Assembly: GCA_046735395.1 (NCBI GenBank)
Contig: JBJKQR010000017.1
Location: 1 to 11,832, forward strand
Source of the DNA: Fidelibacterota bacterium
GTDB lineage: Bacteria; Fidelibacterota; Fidelibacteria; Fidelibacterales; DSDE01
Reading direction: 5' to 3'
DNA: 11,832 nt
Made by a program: the position numbers and the translations under genes. The notes beneath the pieces were generated by a model. That model saw only the letters and a program-made list of their open reading frames with translations, made no database searches and was not told the origin of the DNA. Shown here piece after piece: positions 1-6,905 of this stretch. Every line of letters begins with the position of its first letter. Position 1 is the stretch's first letter.

Positions 1-434
1 TTGTGCTTTCTCTTCTCATCGTATTGGGTATCTGGGTGTATTATCAGAAATATAAAGGCTTGGCGGTCCGGCAGGAACAGAAGAATCAGATTGATAAACA
101 AAACCAGCGGCTTGCTGACAACAGCACACTTTTGGATTCTCTCCATGGGGCCATAGACACAGCAAATACGGAACTCCGGGATACATCCGCAAAACTGGAG
201 GACGCGTTAAATACGATTGAGACACTGAATGGCCTGCTTCCCGTTTGCGCCTCGTGTAAAAAGATCCGTGATGACGATGGGTACCGGGTTCAGCTGGAAT
301 CCTATCTCAGAGATCACAGTGATATGGAATTTTCGCATAGTCTCTGTCCGGAGTGTGCCCGGGATATGTTCCCTGATCTTCATGAGCATCTGGCTGAGGG
401 TGATGAGACAGCGGATGCGTCTGAACCCGTTTAG
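1..434 (+). CDS. 5'-truncated membrane-anchored signalling-type protein: TM helix + coiled coil + C-terminal CxxC...HxxCxxC putative metal-binding domain
   Basis: Frame +3 is open from the window edge to TAG 432-434, so the true start is probably upstream. A hydrophobic segment (LSLLIVLGIWVYY) is followed by a basic stop-transfer, a heptad-like linker, and LLPVCASCKKIRDDDGY...FSHSLCPEC. I recognise this last motif as a common C-terminal domain of response regulators and sensor proteins. Confidence 0.85.
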   Translation, partial: VLSLLIVLGIWVYYQKYKGLAVRQEQKNQIDKQNQRLADNSTLLDSLHGAIDTANTELRDTSAKLEDALNTIETLNGLLPVCASCKKIRDDDGYRVQLESYLRDHSDMEFSHSLCPECARDMFPDLHEHLAEGDETADASEPV

Positions 435-682
435 TCATAAATACAATACCATATATATCTCAGGGGAAGCCCTTTCTTATAATTGAGCAGCGTGGATTTT
501 GACCATGCCGGACAGATATTTACTATGTCCCTAAGTAAAATTCAACACCATCAGCAATTTCTCTCCATCTCAGATGCCGGGTTTGGTTAATCCGGATATC
601 AATTGATGGATTCAGTCCGTTATTCATTGAGAAATTCAATCATCTTCCCTGCTCCGGCAAATGAGGTCGATGGGCATTTTTA

Positions 683-700
683 TAATTTGAAATCAAATTA
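683..700. promoter_or_regulatory. Perfect inverted repeat TAATTTGA-AA-TCAAATTA, candidate transcription-factor site
   Basis: 8-bp arms with a 2-nt spacer (too short for an RNA loop), ending 14 bp upstream of a putative -35. Confidence 0.4.
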
Positions 701-714
701 AGCCCGATAAAGTC

Positions 715-743
715 TTGATTTCTGAATGGCATAGGCTTAGTAT
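715..743 (+). promoter_or_regulatory. Putative sigma70-type promoter of the LRR gene
   Basis: TTGATT (715-720), 17-nt spacer, TAGTAT (738-743). RBS AGGAGG at 797-802 precedes ATG 808. Confidence 0.45.
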
Positions 744-807
744 ACAGCTTGTGCTGTATGCCAAGTAGGCAAATTATTCATAATCAGCAATTTTTCAGGA
801 GGGGCAA

Positions 808-3800
808 ATGGGAAAATGGGCAATTGGTATTAAACTTACGATTCTGGTTGGTATTTCCGCCATCCTGCTTCAGGGCGGAGTTCTGGAATCCGATTCACTG
901 GCGCTGGTGGATCTGTTTAACATGGATGATTCGCTTGTGGGGGGAGATGTGGATTGGGACCTGACTGCTCCAATCAGCAGTTGGTCAGGCATACAGACAG
1001 TAGGAGATCGGGTTACATCTATTAGTTTGTCCGGTAAGGGTTTAACAGGACCAATCCCTGCAAGCCTGTACTCTTTGGATTCACTGGTTACATTGGGTTT
1101 AAGTTCCAATCAATTGAGCGGGGAATTATCCGATAGTGTGTGGAATTTCTCAAACATTAACACAATCTCTCTGTGGGATAATAATTTCAGCGGACCGTTA
1201 CCGGAAGTGACTGTCGCCGGATTGCCATTAAAAATTTTATACTTGAAGGATAATCATTTTTCAGGGCCTGTTCCCGAAACATTTGGATTGCTGACAAATC
1301 TTACAAATATTGATCTGGGTAATAACGAGTTAACAGGCGATCTGCCAACATCGCTTAATAATTGGAATAAATCCTATATCATTCGTTTTGATGGAAACCA
1401 GCTGACCGGTTCGATTTCTGAAGGATTCATTTCTGCATCCCTTATAATCCTTGATCTTTCAGGGAATCAGTTCACAGGACAGATACCCACATCCATATGC
1501 TATTCCAATCTTTTAGAGCTTCGTATGCACCATAATCAATTTTCAGGTGAAATTCCAGCTGCCATCAGCAATATGACTGATCTCAAGATCTTAGACCTTG
1601 GCTATAACCAGTTGGGCGGAAATATTCCGGAGGATATTGATGAGTTGCATAATCTTAACGAACTCAGTATACGAGACAATCTATTTACTGACCTGCCTGA
1701 TCTTTCAGGATTCGAGAACAGAACCAGTGAATATGCTTTTATACTCCGTTTAGATAATAATTACTTTGAATTCGATGACATTATACCAATAACAGAGATA
1801 AACTTTTCAACAGGTACAAATTTATCCTATCGGGATCAAAAGGTCTTCGGCACTGCTGATACGCTACGTAAAAACTACGATGATGAAATGATTATAAAAA
1901 CGCAGGCATCTCATTATCCTGGAAATGTTTACACATGGTACCAAAATGATAAATTAATGAGTGAATATTATGGTGAGACCGACTCAGTGATTGTTTTCCC
2001 ATATTCAGATTATGGAATAATTGGGGAATGGGCACTTAAAGTCACAAATCCTGCCGTTCCATATACCACCCTAGAATACAGTCCGATAGAAATAATTATA
2101 GATGGATTTGAAAGCAGCAGAGAAGCTGATTCTACAATTCTTGTGATGCTATATGACAGTCTCGGAGGGGCTGAGTGGACAACACCCTGGAACCTTTCGG
2201 ATCCAATGGATACCTGGAATGGACTATATTTCACGAATAATGGGCGTGTAAGATACATGAATCTTAATAACAACAACCTGATCGGCACACTTCCTTCATC
2301 CTTTTGGAGACTCAATGAAATTTCGACTCTTCATATGAATTCAAATGAGCACCTTAAAGGGTGTATTTCTCCTGAGATAAAAAATATGAAATTATATGAT
2401 TTCGGGATGTCCTGCGATTCTCTCAGCGGGACGCTTCCGAAAGAGCTGGGAGAACTTGACCGTGTTCGAATTATGAGATTGAATAATAATAATTTTTGTG
2501 ATACGATTCCCCGAGAGCTGGGTAACTGCAGTGCTTTAGAGAATCTGTATCTTGAATATAATAACCTGTCTGGTGCGGTTCCTGATGAAATTGCCAATAT
2601 GCCTTCACTGGTAGATCTTGCACTGGCCAATAATGAAATTGACGGTATCCCGAATTTTACGGGAGCACCGGTTTTGAATGAACTGTATCTGGATAATAAC
2701 CATCTGGATTTTGGAGATCTGGAGCCTTCTGCATTCAAGTTTCAATCCATGGGGACTGCTAGCTATCAGAACCAGGCAAATATTGGGTTTCCGGTAGATA
2801 CATTATTGGAATTTGGTACATCATATTCATTTACTCCTGCTGTGACCGGGCAGGCAAACAGCTATGTCTGGTCCCGTAACGGTCAGCCTGTTCCGGCCCA
2901 GAATACAGCAACATTGTCCCTGGCTAACGTGGATTTGAGCAATTACGGAATCTGGAAGCTGGCCGTCACAAATCCACTGTTGCCAGATCTTGTTCTGAAC
3001 AGCGAGCCGGTAAAGCTCAGGCTTGACACAGGAAGCGAACCGCTTACGCCCAATCTGAAAGATGTCAAAATTGATATGGATTATATAACCTTCAGCTGGA
3101 CTCCGCTGTCCTATCCCTATTTCAGTCACACCCATCTCTATGTCAGCTCCACAGCAGGCATAGATACGTCAACGGCATTTTATTACAGCTATGCAGCCGG
3201 TGATTCCACCATAACCTATCGCTGCCGCGATCTGGGAACCTGGACAGAACTCTGGATCGCCATGACATCCACGGATATGGTGGGGAATATGTCTCCTCTC
3301 AGTCCGGAAGTGAAAATCAGTAATATTGACAATACTGCGCCCAAAATGCCCGGGGAACTGTCAGTGACCTCCGAAAACAGCCAGCTTCGCGTCAGCTGGC
3401 CCCCGAATCAGGAAACGGACTTGTCTCACTATTTTGTCTATTATACTGTGAACAGCGATGCCGGATCCGGGCTGATCGAGTGGGGTGCAACAACTGTTGC
3501 GAATCCCCTGGACACCACCGCCGTCATTACGGGCCTGACAAACGGGAGTGATGTGACCGTGTACGTGACAGCCATTGACATTGCCGGAAATGAGAGTGAG
3601 ATGCGAAGCTGCGAGAATGTGACGGTGTCCATTGATCCATGGGCCGGTATTCCTGAAAGTTTCAGTCTGAATGCAAATTACCCCAATCCCTTCAATCCCG
3701 TCACGACCCTCCGCTACGGAATCCCGGAACAGGCTGATGTGCTGATCACTGTTTTTGATGTTCTGGGGCATGATGTGAAGCACTGGACCGTCTCCGCGCA

Positions 3801-3951
3801 GAAAGCCGGCTGGTACGCCATCATCTGGGACGGGACAAACCAGAGCGGCAAGCGGGTGTCCACCGGAGTCTATGTCTGTCGCATGCAGGCCACCAGCATG
3901 ACTTCGGGACAGCCTTATATTCAGACCCGGAAGATGCTGTTTCTGAAGTAG
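808..3951 (+). CDS. Secreted leucine-rich-repeat protein with Ig-like and FN3-like domains and a T9SS type A / FlgD-Ig-like C-terminal sorting domain (1047 aa)
   Basis: RBS AGGAGG and N-terminal signal peptide. Repeats of type LxxLxLxxNxL(S/T)GxIP occur in two blocks, each preceded by a DSxxLVxL...W...WxG...RV cap and followed by an Ig-like segment (YxWxxN...GxWxLxVTNP). FN3-like segments follow (VSWPPNQETDLSHYFVYY...ITGLTNG...VTAIDIAGNES), then the CTD NYPNPFNP...IIWDG...STGVY...TRKMLFLK. Confidence 0.93.
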   Translation: MGKWAIGIKLTILVGISAILLQGGVLESDSLALVDLFNMDDSLVGGDVDWDLTAPISSWSGIQTVGDRVTSISLSGKGLTGPIPASLYSLDSLVTLGLSSNQLSGELSDSVWNFSNINTISLWDNNFSGPLPEVTVAGLPLKILYLKDNHFSGPVPETFGLLTNLTNIDLGNNELTGDLPTSLNNWNKSYIIRFDGNQLTGSISEGFISASLIILDLSGNQFTGQIPTSICYSNLLELRMHHNQFSGEIPAAISNMTDLKILDLGYNQLGGNIPEDIDELHNLNELSIRDNLFTDLPDLSGFENRTSEYAFILRLDNNYFEFDDIIPITEINFSTGTNLSYRDQKVFGTADTLRKNYDDEMIIKTQASHYPGNVYTWYQNDKLMSEYYGETDSVIVFPYSDYGIIGEWALKVTNPAVPYTTLEYSPIEIIIDGFESSREADSTILVMLYDSLGGAEWTTPWNLSDPMDTWNGLYFTNNGRVRYMNLNNNNLIGTLPSSFWRLNEISTLHMNSNEHLKGCISPEIKNMKLYDFGMSCDSLSGTLPKELGELDRVRIMRLNNNNFCDTIPRELGNCSALENLYLEYNNLSGAVPDEIANMPSLVDLALANNEIDGIPNFTGAPVLNELYLDNNHLDFGDLEPSAFKFQSMGTASYQNQANIGFPVDTLLEFGTSYSFTPAVTGQANSYVWSRNGQPVPAQNTATLSLANVDLSNYGIWKLAVTNPLLPDLVLNSEPVKLRLDTGSEPLTPNLKDVKIDMDYITFSWTPLSYPYFSHTHLYVSSTAGIDTSTAFYYSYAAGDSTITYRCRDLGTWTELWIAMTSTDMVGNMSPLSPEVKISNIDNTAPKMPGELSVTSENSQLRVSWPPNQETDLSHYFVYYTVNSDAGSGLIEWGATTVANPLDTTAVITGLTNGSDVTVYVTAIDIAGNESEMRSCENVTVSIDPWAGIPESFSLNANYPNPFNPVTTLRYGIPEQADVLITVFDVLGHDVKHWTVSAQKAGWYAIIWDGTNQSGKRVSTGVYVCRMQATSMTSGQPYIQTRKMLFLK

Positions 3952-4001
3952 GACACATTTAAACGGACGAACGCGTCCGAAATATCTGCATATATCAGAA
4001 C

Positions 4002-4029
4002 TGAGGCCGGGTCATCAGACTCGGCCTCA
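4002..4029. terminator. Strong hairpin between convergent genes (terminator or 3'-end stabiliser)
   Basis: TGAGGCCGGGTC-ATCA-GACTCGGCCTCA forms a 12-bp stem with one G-U on the + strand. No clear U-tract follows. Confidence 0.55.
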
Positions 4030-4063
4030 AACGTAGATCACCGCTTTGGTCAGAGCACCAGTG

Positions 4064-4885
4064 CTATTTTAAAGTAAAATTATATCCGGTCAGATGATCT
4101 TCGGCCTTCAGGTCGATGGCAGCGTAACTGGTATCGGCGGCCAGGTCGTATCCTGCAGCGCTGAGCGTGTAAGTGCCGGCCAGGAGCATCAGTTTATAGG
4201 TTCCGTCTTCACCACTGAGGGTGGAACTGCTGTCTGTGCCGTCAAAGGCTGTGATCACCTTATCACCCAGGCCATTGCCGAGACTATCGCTGACCACTCC
4301 GGAAATTGTTCCGGACAGAATACTTTCATAGACCCTGAATGTGGGAGTCATACTGTAGCGGTCCTGTTTGGGGTGCTTTCGAATGGATCGGGAGGCGTCA
4401 AAATCCATATAGATTTCGCTGATCTCATCCGCATTGATATCGAAATCCAGGTTCAGCTTTACACCGCTCTGACTGCCGCTGGGAACTTTGAGTTCGTAGG
4501 AGTTGCCGTCCACGACGATGGCGGATGAATCACCGAGAAGAAGCCGCAGCTGAGAATAATGGCCAACTTTTAGGGAATCCTGCAGCAGCGTCGCCATCCG
4601 GCCATTGACAAGTTCCAGAAAATCAAGGGTGGTATCTGTGTCGCTGAGGACGATCCATTCACCCGTGCTGTCCGAAGAACTGTCCGCAAGGGATTTATGA
4701 ACCGATACCTCCAGAATATTCAGATAAATATGTTCCACATTGCCCTGAAACGGCGCGTCAAATGCCTTCAGCACCACCGTACCTGTCGTTCCCGCAGCTT
4801 TCGTATTATCCGCTGCCGGTTCCTGGCAGGAACCCAGCATGAACAGCCCCAGCAATACTACCAGAATTGAATAGACTTTATTCAT
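4064..4885 (-). CDS. DUF4382-domain lipoprotein with C-terminal carboxypeptidase-regulatory-like beta-sandwich (273 aa)
   Basis: Start reassigned to ATG at 4885 (MNKVYSILVVLLGLFMLGSC) because of GGAG at 4896-4893 and a lipobox with Cys20. Motifs DAP, DFLELVNG, GHYSQLRLLLG, VPSGSQSGVKL and DFDASRSI fit DUF4382. GTISGVV...DGTYKLMLLAGTYTL fits the C-terminal domain. Confidence 0.88.
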   Translation of the reverse strand: MNKVYSILVVLLGLFMLGSCQEPAADNTKAAGTTGTVVLKAFDAPFQGNVEHIYLNILEVSVHKSLADSSSDSTGEWIVLSDTDTTLDFLELVNGRMATLLQDSLKVGHYSQLRLLLGDSSAIVVDGNSYELKVPSGSQSGVKLNLDFDINADEISEIYMDFDASRSIRKHPKQDRYSMTPTFRVYESILSGTISGVVSDSLGNGLGDKVITAFDGTDSSSTLSGEDGTYKLMLLAGTYTLSAAGYDLAADTSYAAIDLKAEDHLTGYNFTLK

Positions 4886-5102
4886 GGCATTTCTCCATAT
4901 TTTTCGGATCAAAAATACGGTTATATACGCCAATACATCGGTGACACGAATCACAGAGAAGGGGCGATTCCAGTGGATTTGCACCCTGAGGTTAAAATGA
5001 TATTGAATATCCATATTCGGCGATATAAATTAGGACCAAAATTATGCCAATTAGCAGCAAAATGGACTGAAACAGGTAATACAGCGAAGCAGGAGTCGTA
5101 TT

Positions 5103-6098
5103 ATGAAAGTATTGCGTTTTGTTTTTGCATTTGGTCTGGGAGTTACCATGCTCTGGGCACAGAGCCAGCTCCCCAAGTTTACATCGAACCCGGCAAAGAT
5201 ATTTAAAGGCGCTCTGATTGATCAACCCAAGGATTTCAAGATGCCGCTGAAAAAAATGACGTCAGCACCGAAGAAGGTCGCGTTGGTTTCCTTCTATACC
5301 TTCGATCCCGGTCTTACTCGGGTTACGGATCTGCCCTACAGCTGGTCGAAGACTGAGATCTCGTCGGAAGGGAATTCGGGGAATATTGCCGTGGCACTCT
5401 ATGAAAACGGACTTGAATCGCTCCGGTCCACCTTTGCGGAGTACGGGATGGACCTTCTCACACCGGATCAGTTTCTCACGTCAGACGATAAACGGGAAGC
5501 TTATAACAGCTTTCAGGTTCAAAAATCGAAAAGCCTGGTGAACTTTCTCGATAAGCTGGGAGAACAGGGGCACAATGTGGCCTGGGGTTACCCGGAAGGC
5601 TATATTATTACCGATATCGTTCTGGAACCATTTCCGAATTATACATCCAAAGCAGGGGCCTTTTCACAGTTCAAGGCCATGAAATATAAAAAACAGGTTC
5701 CGGACAACCGGGTCTTCTACGCGAACAATGACACAAAGCTGTTTTCCTGTCTGGGTGACGGCCTTGCAAAAGAGCTGGATGTGGATGCTGTTCTGATCAT
5801 TTATTCAACCATCTACTGTCCGAGTGAAAAGCAGATCATACTGCAGAATGTGAATATGATGATGTACGGCCCCAACCCGAAGAATCTGGAACCGGGAAAT
5901 GAGACCAAGGAACCGGGACGATTTTACAGCCGGGGCCTGGTTTATCCCGGCGTGCGGCTCCGGGTGGGCGTTCCGCTGATCAGCGTGAACAAGAAAGACC
6001 CGGACTCATCCCGGATGGACGCCACCGGTTTCTCGGTTATCATGGAGCAGATGGCAAAGAAGATGGGTGAAAGCATCCGGAAGGATCTCAAAAAGTAA
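5103..6098 (+). CDS. Secreted/periplasmic hypothetical protein (331 aa)
   Basis: RBS AGGAG at 5091-5095, Sec signal peptide MKVLRFVFAFGLGVTMLWA|QS, and a terminator directly downstream. No family recognised with confidence. Confidence 0.85.
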   Translation: MKVLRFVFAFGLGVTMLWAQSQLPKFTSNPAKIFKGALIDQPKDFKMPLKKMTSAPKKVALVSFYTFDPGLTRVTDLPYSWSKTEISSEGNSGNIAVALYENGLESLRSTFAEYGMDLLTPDQFLTSDDKREAYNSFQVQKSKSLVNFLDKLGEQGHNVAWGYPEGYIITDIVLEPFPNYTSKAGAFSQFKAMKYKKQVPDNRVFYANNDTKLFSCLGDGLAKELDVDAVLIIYSTIYCPSEKQIILQNVNMMMYGPNPKNLEPGNETKEPGRFYSRGLVYPGVRLRVGVPLISVNKKDPDSSRMDATGFSVIMEQMAKKMGESIRKDLKK

Positions 6099-6128
6099 GC
6101 ATTCCTACCAGTCCATACGCGTAATGTG

Positions 6129-6163
6129 ATAAAAGCCGCTTATATGAGCGGCTTTTATATTTT
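6129..6163 (+). terminator. Rho-independent terminator, likely bidirectional
   Basis: ATAAAAGCCGCT-TATATG-AGCGGCTTTTAT (6129-6158) followed by ATTTT, 30 nt after the stop at 6098. It has A-rich and T-rich flanks. Confidence 0.85.
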
Positions 6164-6214
6164 GTACAGAAAAGGGGTGGGGAATAGGCGGCCTGTGTCA
6201 GCCATCAGATTGGG

Positions 6215-6247
6215 CTGAAATTTCAGTGTGAATTTTCGTATATTTGC
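6215..6247 (+). promoter_or_regulatory. Putative promoter of the YgjV-like gene with an overlapping 12-bp palindrome
   Basis: Perfect palindrome CTGAAATTTCAG (6215-6226) and TATATTTGC (6239-6247), lying between a terminator and the RBS AGGAG (6265-6269). Confidence 0.35.
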
Positions 6248-6275
6248 GGGTGGTTAAAATGTACAGGAGAATTTC

Positions 6276-6905
6276 ATGACCGGCCTTGAATTATTCGGAT
6301 ATGCGGCATCCGTAATCGTCGCTCTCTCACTGATGATGAAGAATATTAAAAACCTGAGATGGTGGAATCTCTTCGGCGCGGCCCTGTTTTCCGCCTACGG
6401 ACTGATGATCCACGCATTTCCCGTGTTTATATTGAATGGATTTATCGCCCTCGCTGATGTGTATTATCTGCGGCAGCTCTATCTGGTGAATGATACCTTC
6501 GCCCTCTTGCCCATCGATATAAAACGGACCCAGTTCCTCAATAAATTCCTGAATTACTATCTTCAGGATATCCGGCGCTTTTTCCCTGATTTCAAACTTG
6601 AACATATCGATGATTCAGCAGACCGGGCTTATTTTATTCTGAGGGATATGCTGCCCGTCTCCCTGATAATTTTCCGGGAAAACCAGGGCACTCTGGATAT
6701 CATCATTGATTATGCCATCCCGGCCTACCGCGACCTGAAAAGCGCCAGTTTCTTCTACCATCTGGATAGTGAGGCTCTGGGACTGTCGCAGGAATCGGTC
6801 TTCCGTTTGGAGTCCCATAATGCAGCCCATAACCATTATCTGAAGAAAATCGGATTCCAATCCGACAGCTCGAACCCGAATATTTTCAGCCGTTCCATCC
6901 GATAA
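6276..6905 (+). CDS. Membrane protein: YgjV-like N-terminal TM domain + soluble GNAT-like C-terminal domain (209 aa)
   Basis: RBS AGGAG. ELFGYAASVIVALSLMMKNIKNLRWWNLFGAALFSAYG...PVFILN matches the short ~3-TM YgjV-like pattern. The C-terminus has IDYAIPAYRDLK and HYLKKIGF, reminiscent of GNAT motifs A and B. Confidence 0.8.
   Translation: MTGLELFGYAASVIVALSLMMKNIKNLRWWNLFGAALFSAYGLMIHAFPVFILNGFIALADVYYLRQLYLVNDTFALLPIDIKRTQFLNKFLNYYLQDIRRFFPDFKLEHIDDSADRAYFILRDMLPVSLIIFRENQGTLDIIIDYAIPAYRDLKSASFFYHLDSEALGLSQESVFRLESHNAAHNHYLKKIGFQSDSSNPNIFSRSIR

Noticed and set aside
741..760. ACAG/CTGT palindrome as a LexA box, and TTGA-AA-TCAA (687-696) as an FNR box
   Set aside because: Orientation and spacing do not fit CTGT-N8-ACAG or TTGAT-N4-ATCAA. 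Both are kept only as unassigned palindromes.
550..796. Direct repeat ATCAGCAATTT at 550-560 and 783-793 (13/14 with extension)
   Set aside because: Only two short AT-rich copies, with no transposase or terminal inverted repeats to support a target-site duplication. Compatible with chance.
886..2760. LRR repeats as a DNA repeat array, DGR target or eukaryotic contamination
   Set aside because: The repeats are visible only at protein level, with no near-identical nucleotide copies, no adenine-specific TR/VR pair and no reverse transcriptase. The gene is intronless, has an SD site and ends in a bacterial CTD.
4886..5014. 43-aa N-terminal extension of the 4064..5014 ORF
   Set aside because: The ATG at 4885 has an RBS and begins a typical lipoprotein signal peptide. 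The extension would bury the signal and occupies the divergent promoter region.
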